In this document: piece by piece, positions 1 through 7,961 of the stretch
Layout: every line of letters begins with the position of its first letter
How positions within the stretch are numbered: position 1 is the stretch's first letter
Origin: a virus
Taxonomy: Duplodnaviria > Caudoviricetes
Virus record (IMG/VR): IMGVR_UViG_3300012038_000301
Span: 1 to 28,608 of that record
Length of the DNA stretch: 28,608 nt
Direction: 5' to 3' (one strand)
Notes under the pieces: model-generated
What the model saw: only the letters and a program-made list of their open reading frames with translations
What the model was told of the DNA's origin: nothing
The model's database searches: none
Program-made: the position numbers and the translations under genes

Positions 1-2
1 AA

Positions 3-416
3 CGCTCCTTCCCCTTCCGCCGACCCGCCGCTCCCCTCCGCTACGCCCCCCCCGAGACTGGCACCATACGGTGCCAACCGCCAACCGACGCACTGGCACC
101 GTATGGTGCCAGCACTGGCCCGTTGGCGGAGAAAACTGGCCCGTTTGCAGGCTCTATCCCCCCCCCTAGAGAGCTTCATCAGATAACAGAAAGCGCGCGC
201 GAGCCGCCTGGGGTCGTTGGTGCGCCCCCGGCTCGCGCGCTTTCGGCCAACGGCAACGGCCGAACGACACCCTGCCCGCGCCACGGCGGGCCGCTGCCCT
301 GCTCCGTCTGCGAGGTCGTCGCCGCCCCACCGAGCGGCCGCGCGGCTGAACACCTCGCCGCGATCCAGGACGCGATCCGGAAACGCGGGGTTGACACCAC
401 CGAGGCGGCGTGGTAG
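3..416 (+). CDS. 3' end of a probable phage replication initiator (5'-truncated by the window)
   Basis: Frame 3 is open from base 3 to TAG at 414-416. The ORF contains internal DNA repeats (57-145), an ESARE low-complexity segment and a C-terminal C-x2-H-x5-C-x2-C motif (CPRHGGPLPCSVC). The product call is inferred from this architecture. Confidence 0.4.
   Translation, partial: RSFPFRRPAAPLRYAPPETGTIRCQPPTDALAPYGASTGPLAEKTGPFAGSIPPPRELHQITESAREPPGVVGAPPARALSANGNGRTTPCPRHGGPLPCSVCEVVAAPPSGRAAEHLAAIQDAIRKRGVDTTEAAW
57..145. repeat. Iteron-like repeat cluster
   Basis: TGGCACCATACGGTGCCA (59-76) and TGGCACCGTATGGTGCCA (94-111) are exact reverse complements, and each is itself a 7-4-7 palindrome. 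ACTGGCCCGTT is directly repeated at 114-124 and 135-145. ACTGGC occurs at 57, 92, 114 and 135. Confidence 0.8.
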
Positions 417-419
417 GGT
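391..419 (+). promoter_or_regulatory. Sigma70/SigA-type promoter upstream of the packaging genes
   Basis: TTGACA (391-396), 17-bp spacer, extended -10 TG-G-TAGGGT (411-419). Confidence 0.7.
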
Positions 420-487
420 CCCCCGCGATGACGCCCGATCGCTCCGGCCACCAGCCCGCCCCGCGAGGGGCGCTCGTGTAGGGGCCT

Positions 488-1135
488 GTGCCCGCGGCGC
501 TCCCGGTGGACTCCGGGACCATGTCCCTCGCCCCCCCGCGCACGGGCGCCCGCGGAAGCACACCTCGGGCAATCGACTACCTCCGGCTCCGCGACCTCGA
601 CGCTCGAATGAAGCGCGGAGAGGATGAATACGCCGCGTGGGAGAGGGTATGCCGGAACAAGCGGTACGGATTGTCGCGATACCGCGGCGCCAAGCGTGTT
701 CCGGTGAATGCCGTTCAGCGCACCCTCGCGCGCTTCTACCTCCGCATGGGAGCATTCGAGACGGAGTTCGCTTCCGCGAAGGTGAAGCGGCGGGCGGCCG
801 AGGTCGCACCTCGAGCGTTCGATGCGATCGTGTCCATCGCTGACGGCAACTTCGGGATGGGCAAGGTCCTCATTCGCGGCGACGAGGAGGAAGTCGTCAT
901 CGACGCGCAGGCCGCGCGAACGCGGCTCGCCGCCTCCCGTGAAATCCTCGAGATGGTTGGCGCCGTGGCCCAGCGTGGAGCGTCGCAGTCCGCTGCCGCC
1001 GTCCAGGTCAACACCCAGGTCAACGCGCAGGCGCAGGCCAACGGGAACGTCTCTCTCGGTGCCGCGCTCCGCGCGCTGAAGCACGTCGATGTCGAGGCGG
1101 AGGCGGCGAAGGCCGACGCCCCGCCGGCCGAGTAG
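488..1135 (+). CDS. Putative terminase small subunit (start could be GTG 488 or ATG 521)
   Basis: Lies immediately upstream of TerL with a TAG/GTG overlap at 1135. Helical, with a TerS-like C-terminal QVNTQVNAQ tail. The call is mainly positional. Confidence 0.6.
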   Translation: MPAALPVDSGTMSLAPPRTGARGSTPRAIDYLRLRDLDARMKRGEDEYAAWERVCRNKRYGLSRYRGAKRVPVNAVQRTLARFYLRMGAFETEFASAKVKRRAAEVAPRAFDAIVSIADGNFGMGKVLIRGDEEEVVIDAQAARTRLAASREILEMVGAVAQRGASQSAAAVQVNTQVNAQAQANGNVSLGAALRALKHVDVEAEAAKADAPPAE

Positions 1136-2634
1136 TGTTCGGCGAGCTCGCGCGCAAGATCGTCGAGTGGCGGGCGAGGCCGGAGGTGTTCGCGCGGGAG
1201 ATGCTCGGTGTGGACCTGTGGTCGAAGCAGGTTGAGATCCTCCGCGCACTCCGCTCGCACCGCCGCGTAGCCGTCCCGTCCTGCCACGCGAGCGGCAAGA
1301 CAAAGGTCGCCGCGGTCGCTGTGATCCACCAGATCGTCTGTTACCAGCCGTCGAAGGTCATTACCACGGCGCCGACGCAGCGCGCGGTCGAGACGCTCCT
1401 ATGGGGCGAGATCAACGCCATGCACGCCGCGATGGAGAGGCGCCTCGGAGGTACTCTCGACTTAGGGCGCGTGTACGGTATGTCGTGGAAGATCGAGCCG
1501 GATTGGTTTGCGCTCGGTTTCGCGACAACAGCCGACAAGGGGTCGGACAACGCGACGAAGTTTCAGGGCTACCACTCGCCGAACATGCTCACCGTAATCG
1601 ACGAGGCGGACGGTATTGACCGCGCCGTGTGGAACGCGATTGACGGCCTACTGACAGAAAGCACGTCGCGCGTGCTCGCCATCGCGAACCCCGTGAACGT
1701 CGGAACCGACTTCGAGCGCAACTGCAAGTCGAAGAACTGGCGCGTCATCCGCATTAGCGCGTTCGACTGCCCAAACTTGCAGCCGGGCGCGACGGGGGCC
1801 GGGTGGGGCGTCGAGCGGTCGTTCGTGGACGACATGCGGGAGAAGTGGGGTGAGGATTCGCCGGTCTACCAGTCGCGCGTCCTCGGCCTCTTCCCGACCT
1901 CGTCCGTGGACACGCTCATCAGTATCGCCGACGTGGAGCGCGCGATTGCCGCCATCGCGCCGGAGCCCGTCGCGGATGACCTCCCGGCGATCGGCTGCGA
2001 CGTGGCCCGCTTCGGGACCGACGAGACCGTGATCTACGTCGTCCGCCGTGGCTGCGTCCTCCACGCCGAGTCGTGGGCCGGGCAGGACACCATGAAGACC
2101 GCCGGCCGCCTGATCGCTCTCGCGCGGGAGTCCGGGCTGTGGCTCGACAGCGCATGGCGGATCGCGGTCGATGACACGGGCCTCGGCGGCGGGGTGGTGG
2201 ACCGGCTGCACGAACAGGGCTGGGGCGTGGACGCGGTGAACTTCGGCTCGTCGCCGCGCGACTGGCGCAACGAGGAGCGCTTCACGAACCGGCGGATGGA
2301 ACTCTGGTGGGGCCTGCGCGAATGGCTCCGCGGAGGCGCGTCGCTCGCGGGCCTCGACGCGGACACGCTGGACATCCTGCGCTCGGACCTCTGCGCCCCG
2401 AAGTACGAGCAGAAGTCCGACGGCCGGATCGCCCTCGAGCCGAAGGAGAAGATCAAGGATCGGATCGGACGGTCCCCCGACCACGGCGACGCGCTCGCGC
2501 TCGCGGTGTCCGTCCTCTCCGCGCCAGCGCCGCTCGTCGAGGAGCCGAAGCCTCCTCCCGACGACGAGCCGGAGGACTCCGAGGACCACGACTGGCGCGC
2601 CGAGACGCTGGTGCGCGTGCCCCCGGTCTGGTAG
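1135..2634 (+). CDS. terL: Terminase large subunit
   Basis: Walker A VPSCHASGKT, Walker B LTVIDEADG, coupling motif IANP, and RNase H-like nuclease motifs IGCDVARFGTDET, VDDTGLGGGVVDRL and SPDHGDALAL. Confidence 0.95.
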   Translation: MFGELARKIVEWRARPEVFAREMLGVDLWSKQVEILRALRSHRRVAVPSCHASGKTKVAAVAVIHQIVCYQPSKVITTAPTQRAVETLLWGEINAMHAAMERRLGGTLDLGRVYGMSWKIEPDWFALGFATTADKGSDNATKFQGYHSPNMLTVIDEADGIDRAVWNAIDGLLTESTSRVLAIANPVNVGTDFERNCKSKNWRVIRISAFDCPNLQPGATGAGWGVERSFVDDMREKWGEDSPVYQSRVLGLFPTSSVDTLISIADVERAIAAIAPEPVADDLPAIGCDVARFGTDETVIYVVRRGCVLHAESWAGQDTMKTAGRLIALARESGLWLDSAWRIAVDDTGLGGGVVDRLHEQGWGVDAVNFGSSPRDWRNEERFTNRRMELWWGLREWLRGGASLAGLDADTLDILRSDLCAPKYEQKSDGRIALEPKEKIKDRIGRSPDHGDALALAVSVLSAPAPLVEEPKPPPDDEPEDSEDHDWRAETLVRVPPVW

Positions 2635-2642
2635 CCGACCCC

Positions 2643-2671
2643 TTGCGGACCGCGACGGGTAGGGGTAGCCT
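2643..2671 (+). promoter_or_regulatory. Candidate promoter for the portal gene (near-leaderless)
   Basis: TTGCGG (2643-2648), 17-bp spacer, TAGCCT (2666-2671), then 9 nt to GTG 2681. No Shine-Dalgarno is present. Confidence 0.5.
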
Positions 2672-2680
2672 CCCCCGCGC

Positions 2681-5179
2681 GTGACCATCCCTCTCATCAA
2701 CCGATCCCCGAACTCCCGGCAGTACGTCTACGCGCTCTCTGCGGCGTGGCAGCTCGGGACCTGGATCCCGGACCCGGACTGGGGCCTCTCGAACGACCCC
2801 GAGATCTGGGAGAAGATGCAGCGCGACCCGGTCATCAAGCACGCGATCGAGCAGCGGCTCCACGTCGTCGCGACGCAGGACCCGATCATCGAGCCGGGCG
2901 GTCCGACGCCGCTCGATGCTCGGCTCGCGGACACGTTCGAGCGCGCGCTGACCTACCTCGGGAACTTCCCCGCCGTCCGCTACGCCGCGTCGAAGCACGT
3001 CATGCTCGGCAGGTGGTACGGGTTCGTCGAAGGGAAGCGCGTCTGGAAGGCGCTCCTCCCCGGCCAGCCGATCCTCCCGTGGTGGGTTCCGACCGGGATC
3101 AAGGAGATCGACCGGCGCCGCGTGCAGTTCGTCCCGATGCAACTCCCGCGCGAGGACGGAACGAAGGCGCTCCACGTCAGGACCGAGCTCTGGTCGATCG
3201 CGCAGCGCGAGTGGGTACCGATCGACCCGATGCAACTCGTCCGCCTCGTGTACGACGACGAGGAGGCGCGACTCGGCTACGGACGCGGCATCCTCGGCGC
3301 GATCTACTACTACCACTACGCCCGCGGCATCCTCCTCCGGGAGGGGTTGCAGGGCGTCGAGCGGTGGGCGCAGGGGCTCACCGTCGCGAAGGTGGACAAC
3401 CGCGCGAACGCGAGCACGGGCAAGGCGCTCAACGCGCACAAGCGGGCGTGGCTCGACGCGATCGAGAAGATGCGCGCGCGGCACGCGCTCGTCTTCGGCA
3501 AGGAGGACGAGGTCGAGGTCCTCTGGCCGAGCGGCACGGGGCACACGATGGTCCGCGAGCTCCTCGAATACCTCGATCGCGGTGTCACGCAGCTCATCCT
3601 CGGCTCGGTCCTCCCGACCGGAGGCGGCGGTGACGTCGGCAGCAACGCCCGGGCGAAGGTCGAGCAGTCGTCCACGGACGCGCTCGTCCAGTTCGACCGG
3701 CGGTGTCTCGACGAGGCGTTCACCCGCGACCTGATCGGGCGGTTCGTCCGGCTGAACCAGGCGAACCTCCGCTACGTCGGGCTCTCGGCCGCCGCGACTC
3801 CGCGGATGCGCTCGACGCAGGTCTCGAAGGAAGATCCCAACGAGTTCGCTGACCTCGCCGAGAAGGTGCTCCGCTCCGGCGCCCCGATCGCCGAAGAGGA
3901 GTTCTACCGCCGCGCCGGCCTCCGCAAGCCGAACCCGGGCGAGCCGGTCATCAAGCAGCAGCCGCAGGCGCAGCCGGGGATGCCGGGGATGCCGGGGATG
4001 CCGGGCGGACTTGGCGGCGACGGAGCGGAGCCGGGCGGGGACCAGGGCGACGGGACTCTCAGCGGGCGTCCGTACGGAGCGGAGGACGAACGGCCGCAGG
4101 ATCGCGCGATGCACGCTGCGGCCTCAGGCGCCAGCAGTCTCCGTCTCGAGTTCCGCGAGGAACAGCATCCGCGCAAGAGCGGAGGTGAGTTCGCGCCGAA
4201 GGGGGAGGGCGAGGAGAGTGGGAAGAACGACGACTCCGCCGAACCGGAGAAGCCAGCCACACCACCGCAGAGCGCCACCGTGAAGCGCGCCCCCGGGACG
4301 CAACTCCCACCGGAGACACAGGCGCGCCTCCATGCGCTCGGCGTCACGAAGTTCCCGGCCGCGGACGTCGCCGCGGCGTCCGTCAAGGTCCACGCGCTCG
4401 AGGGCGAGGATGTCCATGCGCGTGCCGTGATGACGTGGCGCGACGCGGGCGGGAAGACGCAGCACGCCTATACGCCGGAGTTCCACGCGCGCAACGCGGC
4501 GAAGAAGTGGGCGCGCGTCGAGCAGTTCGAGCCGCGCGTCCACAAGGTCCGGGCGGCACTCGGCCAGCGACTGTCCACGACGGAGCACGCGAGCCCCGAG
4601 CATCAGGGCGCGACGATCGCCGCCGTGATCGCGCACACCGGCTTGAGGCCCGGAGGCGAGGCTGGTTCGACGGCGCGCGGACGGTTCGGCGTCTCGACTC
4701 TCCGCGCGCAGCACGTCACGATCGACGGGGACGGCGCGCGCCTCGACTACGTTGGAAAGGCGGGGAAGCGCAACGTCGGGACAGTCTCGGACTCGACGAT
4801 CGTCGAGTCGCTGCGGCGGTACAAGGAGGAGGCAGCGGCGCGCGGCGGCGAGAGCGAGCCGCTGTTCGCTCCTCGAGCCCTAGAGTTCGCCCGTTCAGAG
4901 GCCCCGAAGGGCGTCAAACTCAAGGATTTCCGGACCGTTGTGGCGACCCATGAGGCCGCGAAGGCGATGCGTGGCGTCGAGGCTCCGCCGCCTCCGCTGC
5001 CCGCCTCGGAGAAGGCCGCCGCGAAGCTGATCCTTGCTAGAATCCGGGCGGCGAGCGCGGTCGTCGCGAAGCGCCTGAACAACACGCCCGCGGTCGCGCG
5101 CGCGGCGTACATCCACCCGCGGATCTTCGCCGCGTGGATCAAGAGCGTCGGCGGACGCCCGGAGTGGGCCGGTGGATGA
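2681..5179 (+). CDS. Mu gp29/DUF935-type portal protein fused to a C-terminal type IB DNA topoisomerase
   Basis: The N-terminal ~425 aa follow TerL and carry portal-like motifs (MQRDPVIKHAIEQR, YGRGIL, YLDRGVTQLILG, GSNARAKVE). A low-complexity linker follows. The C-terminal ~280 aa carry TopIB motifs WRDAGGKTQHAY, GLRPG (R656), VGKAG (K693), KDFRT (R751), LNNT (N801) and AYIHP (Y810). Confidence 0.9.
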   Translation: MTIPLINRSPNSRQYVYALSAAWQLGTWIPDPDWGLSNDPEIWEKMQRDPVIKHAIEQRLHVVATQDPIIEPGGPTPLDARLADTFERALTYLGNFPAVRYAASKHVMLGRWYGFVEGKRVWKALLPGQPILPWWVPTGIKEIDRRRVQFVPMQLPREDGTKALHVRTELWSIAQREWVPIDPMQLVRLVYDDEEARLGYGRGILGAIYYYHYARGILLREGLQGVERWAQGLTVAKVDNRANASTGKALNAHKRAWLDAIEKMRARHALVFGKEDEVEVLWPSGTGHTMVRELLEYLDRGVTQLILGSVLPTGGGGDVGSNARAKVEQSSTDALVQFDRRCLDEAFTRDLIGRFVRLNQANLRYVGLSAAATPRMRSTQVSKEDPNEFADLAEKVLRSGAPIAEEEFYRRAGLRKPNPGEPVIKQQPQAQPGMPGMPGMPGGLGGDGAEPGGDQGDGTLSGRPYGAEDERPQDRAMHAAASGASSLRLEFREEQHPRKSGGEFAPKGEGEESGKNDDSAEPEKPATPPQSATVKRAPGTQLPPETQARLHALGVTKFPAADVAAASVKVHALEGEDVHARAVMTWRDAGGKTQHAYTPEFHARNAAKKWARVEQFEPRVHKVRAALGQRLSTTEHASPEHQGATIAAVIAHTGLRPGGEAGSTARGRFGVSTLRAQHVTIDGDGARLDYVGKAGKRNVGTVSDSTIVESLRRYKEEAAARGGESEPLFAPRALEFARSEAPKGVKLKDFRTVVATHEAAKAMRGVEAPPPPLPASEKAAAKLILARIRAASAVVAKRLNNTPAVARAAYIHPRIFAAWIKSVGGRPEWAGG
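3974..4000 (+). repeat. Tandem repeat (CCGGGGATG)x3 encoding PGM-PGM-PGM in the portal-topoisomerase linker
   Basis: Three exact 9-bp copies read directly from the sequence. Confidence 0.9.
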
Positions 5180-5186
5180 GCAGGAC

Positions 5187-5300
5187 ATGATCGACGACGA
5201 GGATCTCGACGACGAGGGAGAGCCTGACGTCGAGTGGTTCCCGATCCCCGAGGCCCTTCTCGCCGCGGCGGACGAGATCGCGCCAACGGACGCCGCATGA
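5187..5300 (+). CDS. Small highly acidic protein (37 aa, not in the ORF track)
   Basis: MIDDEDLDDEGEPDVEWFPIPEALLAAADEIAPTDAA fills the gap after the portal stop, and its TGA overlaps the next ATG (ATGA 5297-5300). Confidence 0.6.
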   Translation: MIDDEDLDDEGEPDVEWFPIPEALLAAADEIAPTDAA

Positions 5301-5806
5301 CCCTCGACGAGGTCCGCGCCGACGCAGACCCGGCGACCTTCCCCTCCTGCGTCCTCGACGCCCGTACGGCGTTCGACTTCTTCGGCGCGGGCTTCCTCGG
5401 CCGCAACTCCGCGGTCCACATGGAACGCGCGGGGATGCGCGTCTCCGTCATCGACGCGGACGACCACCGGCTGGACGAGATGGCGCCGCTGTACCCAAAG
5501 ACGTGGAAGTTCGTCCACGGTGACGCCTTCGAGATCGCGCGCCTGATCGCGGACTCGGGAGCGAAGGCCGACCTCGTCGTCCTCGACCCGTGGACGAACG
5601 GCGTGCCCCGCGTGCTCGAGGCGCTCCCGTTGTTCGCGCGCCTCTCCTCTCGCTGGCTCGTCTTCGGCCTCACAGCCGCGCAGGGGGATCCGCCAGACCT
5701 CGACGCGCTCCTCTCGACGGTGGACGCGCCGCTCTCGCCCGTCGCGATCGTGCGACGGAGCGACCACGTCGGCGGAGTCTGGTGGGGCGTCGCCACTGTG
5801 TTGTAG
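5297..5806 (+). CDS. Class I SAM-dependent methyltransferase-fold protein
   Basis: Motif I-like DFFGAGFLG, motif II VIDAD, motif III HGDAF, motif IV-like DLVVLDPW. Start reassigned to the coupled ATG at 5297. Confidence 0.6.
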   Translation: MTLDEVRADADPATFPSCVLDARTAFDFFGAGFLGRNSAVHMERAGMRVSVIDADDHRLDEMAPLYPKTWKFVHGDAFEIARLIADSGAKADLVVLDPWTNGVPRVLEALPLFARLSSRWLVFGLTAAQGDPPDLDALLSTVDAPLSPVAIVRRSDHVGGVWWGVATVL

Positions 5807-5813
5807 CATTCCG
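5802..5813 (+). repeat. 12-bp direct repeat TGTAGCATTCCG, copy 1 (contains a TAGCAT -10-like hexamer)
   Basis: Identical to 10558-10569. Confidence 0.7.
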
Positions 5814-5842
5814 CACGCGGGCGGAGGCCCGCCGGAGGAGAG

Positions 5843-6529
5843 ATGCGCGTCGCGATCCATCAGCCGAACGTCCTGCCGTGGTTCGGCTTCTTCGCGAAGC
5901 TCGCTCAAGCCGACGTCTGGATCGCGCTCGACGATGTGCCGTTCTCCCGCGAGAGCTACACGCACCGCGTCGGGATCGCTGGCCCGTCCGGCCAGGAGTG
6001 GCTCTCGTGGCCCGTCGGCGGGCAGGGCGGCGCGCTCATCCGCGACGTCATCCTCCCGACCCGCCGCGACGCTTCGGTCCTCTGTGACCGCGTCTACGCG
6101 CGCTACGCCCGGGAGAAGTACGGCCACTCGCTCGGGCCGCTCCTCAGCGAGATGGAGCAGGTCGCGAGCGACGTCATGGGGCGCCTCGGTCCCGTGAACG
6201 CAGCCGGGATCGCGACGCTCAGCCGCATCCTCGGCCGCAACGTGCGGACGGTCTCGTCCTCGACGCTGCGGAAGGAGGCACTCCCGGGTGACGAGGGGTG
6301 CTTGCAACTGTGCCGCGCCGTTGGCGCCTCGACGTACGTCTGCGGCGACGGCGGCGCGAACTACGCGAACGCGGAGCGGTGGAAGCACGACGGGATCGAA
6401 CTCCGAAAGGCGCGCTTCACGCACCCGGTCTATCCAGGGATGCCGGCTGGAGGGCTGTCGATCGTGGACTGCCTCGCGCGGCACGGACCGAAGGAGACGG
6501 CGAAGAAGATAGAGGAGGCGTGCCGATGA
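5843..6529 (+). CDS. WbqC-like family protein
   Basis: Family N-terminus IHQPNVLPWFGFFAKLAQADVWIALDDVPF, plus GASTYVCGDGG and C-terminal LSIVDCL. GGAGGAG RBS at 5834-5840. Confidence 0.9.
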   Translation: MRVAIHQPNVLPWFGFFAKLAQADVWIALDDVPFSRESYTHRVGIAGPSGQEWLSWPVGGQGGALIRDVILPTRRDASVLCDRVYARYAREKYGHSLGPLLSEMEQVASDVMGRLGPVNAAGIATLSRILGRNVRTVSSSTLRKEALPGDEGCLQLCRAVGASTYVCGDGGANYANAERWKHDGIELRKARFTHPVYPGMPAGGLSIVDCLARHGPKETAKKIEEACR

Positions 6530-7332
6530 CAGCGACCGAACTCGAACCCGCTCTCGTCACCCCCGCTGCCGAGCCCATGACGTTCGCGATCCTCGGTGCC
6601 GCGGGCTTCGTCGCCCCCCGGCACATGGAGGCCATCCGGCAGATCGGGGGACGCATCGTCGCGGCGGTCGATCCGAGCGACGCAGTCGGTGTCCTCGACC
6701 GCTACGCGCCGGACTGCCGGTACTTCCGGCACTTCGAGGTCTTCCTCTCGTGGCTCGCGCGCGAGAAGGAGACGCATCACGTCGTCATCGCGACGCCGAA
6801 CGACCTGCACGCCGGGCATGCGCGGGCTGTGCAGGAGCTCGGGCACGTCCCGATCATCGAGAAGCCGGTTGCTCTATCGGTCGCGGACGTAAACCAGCTT
6901 CTCGGGGCGCCGGGCTACTCGGTGCTCCAGATGCGGCTGCACCCGGAGGCGCGGCGGTTCCTCGCGTGGGCGACGGGGGTCAATGGTCGGCCGTTTGTGG
7001 AAGTGACGTACCACGTCCGCCGCGGGAGTTGGTACGTCCAGTCGTGGAAGGGGGACGAGGCGCGGTCAGGAGGATGCTGGTTCAACCTCGCGATCCACGC
7101 GCTCGACCTCGTGGCGCAGGCGTTCCCGATGGGGAACGAATGCGAACTCGACGTGGACGCGCTCGCGACCGCAGACGAGCTTCGCCGGGAGATCCGCGTC
7201 CTCGGAGAGACCTTCGACTTCTCGGCCGGGATCGGCCTGCACGACCGCTGGTACGAGACGCTCCGCGACGGCACGGCGACGACCATCGAGGACGCGCTTC
7301 CCGGGATCGCGCTCGCGGAGCGGCTGGCGTGA
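6526..7332 (+). CDS. Gfo/Idh/MocA oxidoreductase, WbpB/WlbA-like (UDP-GlcNAcA 3-dehydrogenase type)
   Basis: FAILGAAGFVAPRHMEAI, DPSDAVGVLD, ATPNDLH, IEKP and WYVQSWKGDEARSGG..NLAIH recall WbpB/WlbA. GGAGG RBS and ATGA overlap at 6526. Confidence 0.85.
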   Translation: MTATELEPALVTPAAEPMTFAILGAAGFVAPRHMEAIRQIGGRIVAAVDPSDAVGVLDRYAPDCRYFRHFEVFLSWLAREKETHHVVIATPNDLHAGHARAVQELGHVPIIEKPVALSVADVNQLLGAPGYSVLQMRLHPEARRFLAWATGVNGRPFVEVTYHVRRGSWYVQSWKGDEARSGGCWFNLAIHALDLVAQAFPMGNECELDVDALATADELRREIRVLGETFDFSAGIGLHDRWYETLRDGTATTIEDALPGIALAERLA

Positions 7333-7961
7333 ACCACCTCCCCTTTCGCCGCGTCCTCGCCCTCGCGCCCCACACGGACGACGCGGAGTTCGGAGCGGGG
7401 GGGACGATCGCGCGGTTCGTTGAGGAGGGCGCCGTGGTCCGGGTCCTCGCGTTCTCCGCGTGCGAGCGGTCCGTCCCGAGCGAGTGGCCGTACGACGTGT
7501 TGCGCGCCGAGGCGGCCGAGGCGGCGCAACGTCTCGGAGTGGCGGAGAGCTCGGTTCTCGAGTTCGACGTCCGAACGTTCGGCGCGGCACGGCAGGACGT
7601 GCTCGACATCATCCTCACGGCGCGTCGGGAGTTCGAGCCCGACCTTATCCTCGCGCCGTCGTCCACGGACTCGCATCAGGACCACGCCACGGTCCACGCG
7701 GAAGCAGGGCGGGCCTCCCGCGGTGTCACGCTCCTCGGGTACGAGATCCCCTGGAACTGCCGGACATTCACCGCGAGCGCACATGTCCGGCTCGACCCGG
7801 GGCACGCGGAGCGGAAGATCGCCGCGCTCGCGTGCTACCGCTCGCAGTCCGGGAAGCCCTACGCCTCCGAGGAGGCGATCCTCGGCCTCCTCGCGGCCCG
7901 CGGCGTCGCGGCCGGCTCGCGCTACGCGGAGGCTTTCGAGGTCATCCGATGGGTCGCGTAG
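7329..7961 (+). CDS. PIG-L/LmbE family de-N-acetylase
   Basis: APHTDDAEFGAGG (HxDD), DSHQDH, KIAALACYRSQ, AEAF. GTGA overlap at 7329. Confidence 0.9.
   Translation: MNHLPFRRVLALAPHTDDAEFGAGGTIARFVEEGAVVRVLAFSACERSVPSEWPYDVLRAEAAEAAQRLGVAESSVLEFDVRTFGAARQDVLDIILTARREFEPDLILAPSSTDSHQDHATVHAEAGRASRGVTLLGYEIPWNCRTFTASAHVRLDPGHAERKIAALACYRSQSGKPYASEEAILGLLAARGVAAGSRYAEAFEVIRWVA

Noticed and set aside
4300-5179. Reading the portal C-terminal domain as a tyrosine integrase
   Set aside because: It has KDFRT rather than HxLR, the NT-x7-Y spacing, and the upstream D..GK.Q..Y motif characteristic of TopIB.
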